Of a stretch of DNA of 14,556 nt, positions 1-7,660 are shown piece by piece. Numbering within the stretch: position 1 is the stretch's first letter; every line of letters starts with the position of its first letter. The notes under the pieces are model-generated. The model saw nothing but the letters and a program-made list of their open reading frames with translations. It was not told the DNA's origin and made no database searches. Source of the stretch: Myxococcota bacterium (lineage in GTDB: Bacteria; Myxococcota; XYA12-FULL-58-9; JABJBS01); NCBI GenBank assembly GCA_036339465.1, contig JAYZAY010000076.1, positions 1 through 14,556 of the forward strand. Direction: 5' to 3'. The translations under genes were made by a program, and so were the position numbers.

Positions 1-87
1 AGGCAGCCGCCCAAGGAGTGGTTAGTGACTGGGGTGAAGTCGTAACAAGGTATCCGTACCGGAAGGTGCGGATGGATCACCTCCTTT
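1..87 (+). rRNA. rrs: 16S rRNA, 3' end (5'-truncated by window)
   Basis: Universal AAGTCGTAACAAGGTA; helix 45 ATCCGTACC-GGAA-GGTGCGGAT; anti-Shine-Dalgarno end GGATCACCTCCTTT at 74-87. Confidence 0.99.
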
Positions 88-285
88 CTAAGGAGTTCAG
101 AGGCAATAGCCTCTCATGAACCCTAGGTCGATCACACGTACATACTTGCTATTCAGCTTTCACAGACTCGGTTAACTCCCTTCTCAAGTCTTTACCTTCT
201 AGCCATTGTCTTTGGTGCTTTCTATTTTCTTCTTCTGTCCGGTCTTTAATTTCGATTTACCGATTAGTAGCGATTCTTCTCAGCC

Positions 286-320
286 AGCAGACTTGGTTGA
301 ACAATTAAGTCTGTTTCTTC
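286..320 (+). terminator. Candidate intrinsic terminator downstream of 16S
   Basis: CAGACTTGGTT (288-298), GAAC loop, AATTAAGTCTG (303-313): an 11-bp stem whose two G-U pairs form only on the + strand, followed by TTTCTT. The stem is AT-rich and the U-tract is short. Confidence 0.45.
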
Positions 321-510
321 ATGAGTATCGGTTTAGAGCCTAATTCGGGTTAGAGTTCTCCGTGAAGTGTTTGTCGTTCCTGGGCGGTCTTTTGTCATGT
401 CACGGTTTATGTAGGTTTGCAGCCGAAGCCTCAAAACTCAGAACAGGAAGCCGAGATGCGAATTGATTAATCAACCCCGAACCAACTCAGTTCAGTGGAG
501 AAGTGAGGGT

Positions 511-1365
511 CTAGGGCTCGTCTGTCTCCAACTCTTGGCGTTGGCTTCGAAGATCTTTGTTTTTTCTGATCGCATTTTCGATCAGGCCCAATATTAGGTA
601 AGCAGAGAAGGAAACGAAGATGGCCACGGAGGCTTGGATGCAAATGGCGATCAGCAGGAACGCCGCCAAACTTGCGATGATAATACCGATGGTTTGCCCG
701 TTGGCCTTGAGCTTTTTGAAATTTCGATAACGCACATTTGAAACCATGAGCACTGCTAGAAACAACATAAAGGCCGACACGACGGTATGGGTTTTTTCCC
801 TGAGAAAATCGAATTGGATGAAGGTCCATATGAGGGAGATGATGGTTCCTGCGGCCAAAGGAATAGGGACCCCTAAAAAATAGGGATCTTGCTCAGTGGA
901 GTTGGCAGCCAATACATTAAAGCGAGCCAGCCGAATGAGGCCGCAGGCGAGAAAGGCGAAACAAAAGAGGCCTCCTGGCAGGCCTAAATCCCTAAGTCCC
1001 CACGAATAAGCGAGAACGGCCGGAGCGACGCCAAAGGTGACGGCATCGGCCAGTGAGTCTAGTTGCACCCCGAATTCGCTCTGGGTTTTGGTGAGTCGCG
1101 CTACACGGCCATCGGCCATGTCAAAAAAAGCGCCGAAGAAGATGGCCAAACATGCCTTGGAAAGATCGGTATCATAGGTGGAATGAAGGCAGGTCAAGAT
1201 AGCGTAGAGTCCGCAAAGTACACTGGACAAGGTGAAGAGGTTTGGGAGAACAAACATGGCCCGGTGCAGGTCGAACTTGAATCTAAATCGCCGTCTTCGG
1301 GAGCGTCTGCGAAATCGTCGCGGTTTTTCTTGTTCTTGAGCTGGTGTTTCTGGGTTGGGGCTCAT
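511..1365 (-). CDS. pssA: CDP-diacylglycerol--serine O-phosphatidyltransferase (type II phosphatidylserine synthase)
   Basis: CDP-alcohol phosphotransferase motif DMADGRVAR...FGVQLDSLAD plus LPNLFT, FGVAPA, RLARFN and FLGVPIP; several TM helices. ATG at 1365 is preferred over the ORF-track start at 1401, which overlaps the upstream gene. Confidence 0.92.
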   Translation of the reverse strand: MSPNPETPAQEQEKPRRFRRRSRRRRFRFKFDLHRAMFVLPNLFTLSSVLCGLYAILTCLHSTYDTDLSKACLAIFFGAFFDMADGRVARLTKTQSEFGVQLDSLADAVTFGVAPAVLAYSWGLRDLGLPGGLFCFAFLACGLIRLARFNVLAANSTEQDPYFLGVPIPLAAGTIISLIWTFIQFDFLREKTHTVVSAFMLFLAVLMVSNVRYRNFKKLKANGQTIGIIIASLAAFLLIAICIQASVAIFVSFSAYLILGLIENAIRKNKDLRSQRQELETDEP

Positions 1366-1370
1366 GGTGT

Positions 1371-1679
1371 CTATTTTACAACGGCCTCGGAGAGCCCGCA
1401 CGCAGCGAAATCACCCAATGCGATTTTCTCACAAGCTAGCCGAGCTGTGCATTCCGTATCCAGAAGGGTTTGACAATAATTAGATTGAACCTCTGTCACC
1501 GGTTGATCCGGCGCGGCCAGGCTTAAGCCTTGAACACATATCCTCTGCTCGTACTCTGTTTTTTCACAGAGACACACCCGTTTAGATAGTTCGTAGCAAG
1601 GCTCACTGCAGGCCGTCGAGCCGAGAGCTGTAAGGGCGCAGAGCCATAGGACTCGTTTTATTTCTCGTGTATTAATCAT
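1371..1679 (-). CDS. Small cysteine-rich putative lipoprotein
   Basis: Basic N-terminus, hydrophobic stretch and lipobox-like LGSTA-C24; 8 further Cys in the ~80-aa mature part; ends 5 nt before the pssA ATG. Confidence 0.75.
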   Translation of the reverse strand: MINTREIKRVLWLCALTALGSTACSEPCYELSKRVCLCEKTEYEQRICVQGLSLAAPDQPVTEVQSNYCQTLLDTECTARLACEKIALGDFAACGLSEAVVK

Positions 1680-1750
1680 GTACGATTAGCGTGTAGCAAT
1701 ATTACGCGATATAGCGCAAGTGAAGTGGAAGAGAAGAGAAGGCAAATAGC

Positions 1751-2905
1751 ATGCATGAGCTCTGTACTGGCTATGTTTTAAACCTCCTCGCCGAGGTTGA
1801 TAGAGAGCTGCCTCAGATAGAGCAGGAGCTCGAAGCGGGTTGGGCCCAAGCTAGGTCAACCGACAATCAATTTCAGGAAATTGGGGCGACTTTACGGATG
1901 TTGGGTGACAAAATTGCCCAGGCTGGTGGCATGATTCGAGATTTTGAGCTGAACTTGGCAGGAAAAACCCAGCAGGTGGGGAGCACCGTTCGGGACCGGG
2001 ACGTACTTCAAAAAAAATTAGATTTTGTTTCTGCCGAATTTCAAAGAGCGAAATCAGCAAGGCAGGACTATAAGCTACTCCGCCGTCAGAGGGCGAAAAT
2101 CAGGAACCGAATGACCGACCTGAATGAGCGTATTGAGACGTTGCATCGAGAGTCGGATGATCTGCGGAATCAAAGAGAGTCCCTGGTTGAGATGCGAAAG
2201 GTACTTCAGATTCAAGAGGAAGATTTTCGAGCCCAAGTGGGGGTTTTACATCGGTCCTATCCATCGGCACTGAAGCGACTGAGGCAGGCCGAGCTTGCCA
2301 TGGGAAAAGCACATTGCGATTTCTATGTGGATAAAGATGTGATGGCTTGGCGGCGAAGTTTGGAGGAGGTGATTGATGGGGTCCTCAGGTTTCATCAAGA
2401 TCTTCGAAGTGGTCGATACGATTTAGAGGCGAACAGTCAGGTTATTGGGGGACGAGTCGCCATCTCTTCGGATGCGATTTTTGCTTGTTTATGTTTAGGA
2501 GAGAAGAAGAAAGCGATTCAATTGTTTAGGGAAATTGTTGCGCCCAATTTGCCGTTTTTTGAGATCTTCAATGTGTACCGAACATGGTTGCTGGGGCACT
2601 ATCTTGAAGGAAGTGCAGACGCCCTACAATCTATGTTGGCCAGTGAACAATTTTCCGAAGGTATTCGAGAGGCGTATGCACGGACTTTTCACGGATTGGT
2701 CCAAAAAAATGGTGCGCTCCTCCGATTGGGGCTTCGAGATATTTGTGCCCATGAATGGTCTTTCTATCGGCGAGCCCAGGTATGTAGGGGTAGGGGGGTT
2801 ATTTCTCTGACGGGGGTGGCTATTGCCAGGCTTGCCATTGAAAACCAGGTCGCGGTTGAGTTACCCGGTCCAACCGTGCCACCAGCCTTGGTGCTAGGAA
2901 GGTAA
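1751..2905 (+). CDS. Hypothetical protein: long N-terminal coiled coil plus Imm49-like C-terminal domain
   Basis: 384-aa ORF; residues ~10-185 are E/Q/R/L-rich with heptad character; the C-terminus GVISLTGVAIARLA...VELPGPTVPPALV resembles the immunity protein 49 C-terminal signature (by recall). Confidence 0.7.
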   Translation: MHELCTGYVLNLLAEVDRELPQIEQELEAGWAQARSTDNQFQEIGATLRMLGDKIAQAGGMIRDFELNLAGKTQQVGSTVRDRDVLQKKLDFVSAEFQRAKSARQDYKLLRRQRAKIRNRMTDLNERIETLHRESDDLRNQRESLVEMRKVLQIQEEDFRAQVGVLHRSYPSALKRLRQAELAMGKAHCDFYVDKDVMAWRRSLEEVIDGVLRFHQDLRSGRYDLEANSQVIGGRVAISSDAIFACLCLGEKKKAIQLFREIVAPNLPFFEIFNVYRTWLLGHYLEGSADALQSMLASEQFSEGIREAYARTFHGLVQKNGALLRLGLRDICAHEWSFYRRAQVCRGRGVISLTGVAIARLAIENQVAVELPGPTVPPALVLGR

Positions 2906-2950
2906 TTCCCATTTTAGTAAGGCAGACTCTTTTTGTAGGAAAAATATCAC

Positions 2951-4291
2951 ATGCTTAATTTTATTTGGGTGCTAATGATAGTCGGTGCGGTTGTTTGCGG
3001 TGCCCTCACAGGTAAACTCGATTTGGTTGTTAAAGCCTCCACCGACTCGGCCAATAGCGCCGTGGAACTGGCGATTGGTTTGGTTGGGGTTATGGCGTTT
3101 TGGATTGGTATGATGAATATTCTGCAACAGGCAGGACTTCTCAGAGCAATCGCGCGGGCGCTCCGCCCGATCATGACGAGACTTTTCCCTGATATCCCCC
3201 CCGAACATCCAGCTATGAGTATGATGATTATGAATATTACCTGTAATCTTCTAGGGCTGGGAAATGCAGCGACTCCCTTTGGGCTTAAGGCGATGATGGA
3301 GCTCAACAAGCTCAACGAAACGAAAGGGGTTGCTACGAATTCAATGTGTCTCTTTTTGGCTATCAACACATCGGGGTTGTCCATGTTGCCCACAGGCATG
3401 ATTGCCATGCGGGCCAAACTTGGTTCGCTCGAGCCTGGCTCGATTGTCATGACGACGATCATGGCGACTGCCCTGTCCACGACGGTGGCGATTGTGGTGG
3501 CTAAGCTCATGGAACGATTGCCGCGTTTTGCGATGCCTGGTGAGGGTTTGTCGGGCGTGGATACCAGTGAAGCTGAAAGGGATATCGGTGCTCTGGATAC
3601 CCAAGATGCTGAGGCTTCCCTTACGGTTCAGGCGGGTTTGGTAGAGGGATGGCAGCAATGGGCTGCTTGGGGGCTCATCGTTTCTGTGTCGGGGGCTCTC
3701 GCATATGCCTTGCATATCGAGGCGTCCACTGTGGTGGATGGTGCGGTAGTGGGCTGGCCGGGGGCTTTCCAGACTGTTGTCAAACAATGGTTGTTGCTTC
3801 TTCTGTTGGTGGGCATGGTGCTTTATGGCTTTCTAAGGGGGGTTAAGGTCTATGATGCGGTTGTCGAAGGCGGTAAAGAAGGCTTCCAAGTGGCAATCCG
3901 TATTATTCCATTTCTGGTGGCAATTTTGGTTGCTGTGGGGATGCTGCGTGCTTCCGGAGCGATCGACCTGATTGTGGTGGCCCTTGAACCGATCACAGCA
4001 CTGGTAGGGATGCCGGCAGAGGTGCTTCCTATGGCGCTTCTGCGAACTCTGTCGGGTTCTGGGGCCTACGGGGTCAGTGCCGAAATCATGCAGACCCATG
4101 GCTCGGATTCAATGATTGGTCAGATCGTTTCAACCATGCAAGGGAGCACGGAAACAACATTTTATGTCCTGGCGCTCTATTTCGGTGTGGCCCAAGTCCG
4201 TAACGGGCGTCATGCATTGCCGGCATGCTTAGCTGCCGATGTTGCGGGTGCTTTGGGCGCGGTATGGGCATGTCGTTGGTTGCTCAGTTGA
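2951..4291 (+). CDS. SpmA-SpmB fusion membrane protein (nucleoside recognition/Gate domains)
   Basis: SpmA motifs MLNFIW, RLFPDIPPEHPA, NLLGLGNAATPFGLKAM, FLAINTS; SpmB motifs VYDAVVEGGKEGF, LRTLSGSGA, MQGSTETTFYVLALYFG. AGGA RBS upstream. Confidence 0.92.
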   Translation: MLNFIWVLMIVGAVVCGALTGKLDLVVKASTDSANSAVELAIGLVGVMAFWIGMMNILQQAGLLRAIARALRPIMTRLFPDIPPEHPAMSMMIMNITCNLLGLGNAATPFGLKAMMELNKLNETKGVATNSMCLFLAINTSGLSMLPTGMIAMRAKLGSLEPGSIVMTTIMATALSTTVAIVVAKLMERLPRFAMPGEGLSGVDTSEAERDIGALDTQDAEASLTVQAGLVEGWQQWAAWGLIVSVSGALAYALHIEASTVVDGAVVGWPGAFQTVVKQWLLLLLLVGMVLYGFLRGVKVYDAVVEGGKEGFQVAIRIIPFLVAILVAVGMLRASGAIDLIVVALEPITALVGMPAEVLPMALLRTLSGSGAYGVSAEIMQTHGSDSMIGQIVSTMQGSTETTFYVLALYFGVAQVRNGRHALPACLAADVAGALGAVWACRWLLS

Positions 4292-4376
4292 GCTTTGTTC
4301 AGTAAGCAGCCATTGACAATGATGATAATTTCAGAGCTTTTGCCCTAGGCAAAAGACTTAAATTGCACGGATTAAA

Positions 4377-5165
4377 ATGATGCTATTGGCAGTAGATATT
4401 GGAAATACCCAAACGGTGATCGGTGTTTTTGATGGAGAAATTCTAAAGACACATTTTCGGTTATCCAGTTCGCCGAATCGGACCAGTTATGAGTATGGGG
4501 TCTTGGTTCGAGAGGTTCTGCAAGACTGTGGATTGGAGATAGAGCAACTTTCCTGTGGTATTATTTCGAGTGTGGTTCCACCACTCACCGAAGTTTTCCA
4601 TACGATGATCAAAGATAAGCTCGGGCAAGAACCCATTTTGGTTGGGCCGGGGGTGAAAACGGGTATGCCCATCCTCTACGACAATCCCAGGGAGGTTGGG
4701 GCCGACCGAATTGTAAATGCCGTAGCGGCTTTTCAATCCATTGAAGATACCCCAGGGGGACCATGGGGATTGGTCATAGCCGATTTTGGAACCGCCATCA
4801 CTTTTGATGTGGTTTCACCTCAGGGAGAATATTTGGGCGGAGCGATTTCTCCGGGCGTCAACATATCCACCGATGCTCTCTTTCTGCGCGCTTCAAAGCT
4901 TCCGAAGGTAGAACTTCAGGTTCCATCGAGTTGTATTGGAAAGACAACCGTTACGAGCATGCAGGCCGGAATTCTCTATGGCTATGTGGCGCTGGTTGAT
5001 GGAATGGTAAGGCGTATGCAAAGTGAATTGAAGTTCAAGACGAAAGTTCTGGCTACTGGGGGCATGGCAAAAGTACTATGTCCTTATACGGAAACCATTG
5101 AGTCGGTGGATGAGCTCTTAACATTGAAGGGACTTCTATTGATTCACCAACGCAATCAGCGATGA
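4377..5165 (+). CDS. coaX: Type III pantothenate kinase
   Basis: LAVDIGNT, SSVVP, NPREVGADR, DFGTAITFD, GGAISPG, ATGG, LTLKGL. Confidence 0.97.
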   Translation: MMLLAVDIGNTQTVIGVFDGEILKTHFRLSSSPNRTSYEYGVLVREVLQDCGLEIEQLSCGIISSVVPPLTEVFHTMIKDKLGQEPILVGPGVKTGMPILYDNPREVGADRIVNAVAAFQSIEDTPGGPWGLVIADFGTAITFDVVSPQGEYLGGAISPGVNISTDALFLRASKLPKVELQVPSSCIGKTTVTSMQAGILYGYVALVDGMVRRMQSELKFKTKVLATGGMAKVLCPYTETIESVDELLTLKGLLLIHQRNQR

Positions 5166-5172
5166 GAATTAA

Positions 5173-6270
5173 ATGACTCCAGATGATTTTAAACCCCATC
5201 TAGCGGCCGAGTATCACAAATATATTGCAACCACAGGCCAGCCCGAAGGGCGGTTGATGGTTGCTCAGGGGCTCGTTCCCGTGCCCCCGAAAGAGCAATT
5301 GACGATATTTTGCGCGCTTTCATACGATGTTGAGGAAGCTGTGGCGGTCGCAGCTAAGACAAGCTTGCTGAAGATGCCCTCCGGCCTTGTCAATTCCTTG
5401 GCTGAGCAGTCTTTATCGCTCCCTGTCTTTGATACGTTATTGAATATTTTCAAAGGCAAAGACGAGACCCTGGTTGTATTGGTGGCCAACCGAGACATGC
5501 CCAACGACGTTCTCCTTAAATATCTCGATGCTTTTAGCGGGGATATTCTCGATGTTGTCTGTAATGATCTGCAGCGATGTTTAAATTCTAAGGATTTGGT
5601 TTTAGGGCTCAGGGCGGCTTCTGAATTAAGAAAAGCGAGCTTTGACCGGATGGTTGAGACGCTTGTTCGCAGTGGCATTATTTACGAAGAGCTTTCTGAG
5701 TGCGCCAGTGTTTTGGGAAAGTTGTCTGCCACCGAGCTGGATGCAGCGATAGAGACCATCCCTATTTCTGAGGATTGTTTCGACTGCTTGGAGCAAGGGG
5801 ATGGTGATACGCCTTCGGTGGCAATTGGCGAAGATGCAGAAAAGGACAGTCTTCGGATTCCGATGATGAAGCGAATTGCCATGCTAAGTGTTGCGAAAAA
5901 GATTGCCTTGGCCGTACGGGGGAACCGGGAAGCTCGAACGATTCTTATCCGAGACAGCAATCGCGTCATTTCGGTGGCGGTGATCAAGAATCCCAGGATT
6001 ACAGAACCCGAAGTCGTGAGTGTCGTGAAAAATCACTCTCTAAGCGGCGAAATCATTCGATTGATCGCCATGAATAAGGAGCTTACGCGTTCATACCAGG
6101 TTAAATTGGCGTTGGTTTATAATCCGAAAACACCCACCCAAACAGCGATGAAGTTTATTGGCCTTTTAAGGGAGGCGGATATTCGGAAAATTTCCACTTC
6201 GAGGGGTGTGCCAGATCCGGTGTCGGCTCAAGCACGTCGCCTTGTGGCTAAAAAGAAGGATAAGCGTTAA
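5173..6270 (+). CDS. Conserved hypothetical alpha-helical (HEAT-like repeat) protein
   Basis: 365-aa ORF 7 nt after coaX; C-terminal block KIALAVRGNREARTILIRDSNRVISVAVIKNPRITEPEV...VKLALVYNPKTP resembles an uncharacterised deltaproteobacterial family (recall); repeated L/V-x-x-N-P units. Confidence 0.8.
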   Translation: MTPDDFKPHLAAEYHKYIATTGQPEGRLMVAQGLVPVPPKEQLTIFCALSYDVEEAVAVAAKTSLLKMPSGLVNSLAEQSLSLPVFDTLLNIFKGKDETLVVLVANRDMPNDVLLKYLDAFSGDILDVVCNDLQRCLNSKDLVLGLRAASELRKASFDRMVETLVRSGIIYEELSECASVLGKLSATELDAAIETIPISEDCFDCLEQGDGDTPSVAIGEDAEKDSLRIPMMKRIAMLSVAKKIALAVRGNREARTILIRDSNRVISVAVIKNPRITEPEVVSVVKNHSLSGEIIRLIAMNKELTRSYQVKLALVYNPKTPTQTAMKFIGLLREADIRKISTSRGVPDPVSAQARRLVAKKKDKR

Positions 6271-6320
6271 CAGGGCGGCGGCATTCTCTCTTCGGAGTGA
6301 TTGGGTTAGGGGCGTGTGTC

Positions 6321-7007
6321 CTAGTTTAGGACTATTTCTGTTCCTAGGAATTCAAGTGGGTCTAAATGTTGACCGTATTTCGATAGTTCAAAATGTAAAT
6401 GAGGTCCGGTGGTTCTACCGCTAGTTCCTGCCCTGCCCAGTATTTTTCCTTGCTCTATCCAATGGTCATGTTGGGTGTCGATGGTGGATAGATGTGAATA
6501 GCTCGTTTTATAACCGGCGCTATGTTGGATAATGACCCTATAACCGTGCCCCCCCGACCACCGAGCCCATACCACCCGCCCGCTTTCCGCTGCGAAGATA
6601 GGGGCCCCATAGGAGATGGGTAAATCAATGCCATAGTGAAAATGCCGCTTTCCATTGATGGGGTCGCGTCGCATTCCAAATAGACCGGTCAAGCCGGTTG
6701 CTTCGGCGGGCCATTGGAATTCCAAAACCCTTTTGGGGAGATGGTTTGTTGGAGAATCACGGGGAACCATTTTTTTCCACGTGTTCGAATCCTGTTTTTC
6801 ACCAGCGGGTTTCCGTGGCGCCTGAAGCTTGAACAACTCTTTTGCAGTGAAAGTTGATTCGTAGGCATTTTGCTTGATCACGCCGCCCATGGGGAGGGGC
6901 GGATAGGTCCAGGCCATCTTATCTGGGGTGTGAGTACATGCGCCCATAACCAGTAAACTTATCCGTAGCGCGAGACGAACACTTAAGGTCTTTTGAAGGG
7001 CACTCAT
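6321..7007 (-). CDS. M23 family metallopeptidase, putative lipoprotein
   Basis: Zn motifs HYGID and GPHLHFE, plus YSHL and GTSGRTTGP; N-terminal signal with lipobox-like VMGA-C. Confidence 0.9.
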   Translation of the reverse strand: MSALQKTLSVRLALRISLLVMGACTHTPDKMAWTYPPLPMGGVIKQNAYESTFTAKELFKLQAPRKPAGEKQDSNTWKKMVPRDSPTNHLPKRVLEFQWPAEATGLTGLFGMRRDPINGKRHFHYGIDLPISYGAPIFAAESGRVVWARWSGGHGYRVIIQHSAGYKTSYSHLSTIDTQHDHWIEQGKILGRAGTSGRTTGPHLHFELSKYGQHLDPLEFLGTEIVLN

Positions 7008-7140
7008 CGTATTTCTAAGTTAACTTGGTTTGTCCTGAAGATCGAATCAAATTGAGTGATACGCCGATTTGAGCCGATTATGCGTGATTGGGGGGGAGCG
7101 CTTCATTGATTCCATGTAGGCTGGAGTCATAAAGGGCGTT

Positions 7141-7635
7141 GTGATGAAAGACCGGCAGGATTGGATGCACTGGATGGGTATCGCCCTGGATGAGGCCCAG
7201 CAAGCTTATCGCTTGGGTGAGGTGCCGGTCGGCGCGGCTGTGATATTGGATGGGGAGTGTGTGGCCAGAGCTGGGAATCGACGGGAAAGCTTGAGAGATC
7301 CCCTGGCTCATGCAGAGCTTTTGGTGCTTCGGGAGGCTGCTCGTAAACTGGGGCGTTGGCGCCTAAGTGGTTGTTCTTTAATTGTTTCTTTGGAGCCATG
7401 CTGTATGTGTGCGGGTGGAATTATTGCGGCTCGCCTAGATACGGTGGTCTTTGCGGCCCGCGATGAGAGAACGGGGGCGGGGGGCTCGATCTATAATTTA
7501 CTCGACGATTCTCGGTTAAATCATAGTCCCCAAGTGGTTGAAGGGATTCGAGAGGAAGAAAGTCGGGCATTACTGCAGTCGTTTTTTAAGGAATTGCGAG
7601 CCGTTCAAGCCAGGCTTCGACTTGTAATTCCATGA
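7141..7635 (+). CDS. tadA: tRNA adenosine(34) deaminase
   Basis: GEVPVGAAV, DPLAHAE, WRL, LEPCCMCAG, RLNH, LLQSFF. Start is GTG 7141 or ATG 7144. Confidence 0.95.
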   Translation: MMKDRQDWMHWMGIALDEAQQAYRLGEVPVGAAVILDGECVARAGNRRESLRDPLAHAELLVLREAARKLGRWRLSGCSLIVSLEPCCMCAGGIIAARLDTVVFAARDERTGAGGSIYNLLDDSRLNHSPQVVEGIREEESRALLQSFFKELRAVQARLRLVIP

Positions 7636-7660
7636 TTCCTGCAGTAAAGAGCTGGCCGGC
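7622..7660 (+). promoter_or_regulatory. Candidate sigma70 promoter with GC-rich discriminator for the ncRNA cluster
   Basis: TTGTAA (7622-7627), 17-nt spacer, TAAAGA (7645-7650), then GCTGGCCGGC. The -10 lacks the conserved final T. Confidence 0.3.

Noticed and set aside
148..400. Possible small ORFs on the minus strand of the 16S trailer
   Set aside because: ATG-initiated frames are only 5-21 codons, and the longer charged frame (IEIKDRTEEE...) has no start codon after its preceding stop.
467..1473. ORFs 467..829 (-) and 1063..1473 (+)
   Set aside because: Overlap pssA in another frame or strand and show no protein-family signal.
2947..4271. Antisense and alternate-frame ORFs over spmAB (e.g. 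2947..3510, 3341..3787)
   Set aside because: Fully overlap a well-supported gene and have no recognisable motifs.
6285..6300. Small C-TTCG-G hairpin between convergent genes
   Set aside because: Only 3 contiguous base pairs and no U-tract; too weak to call a terminator.
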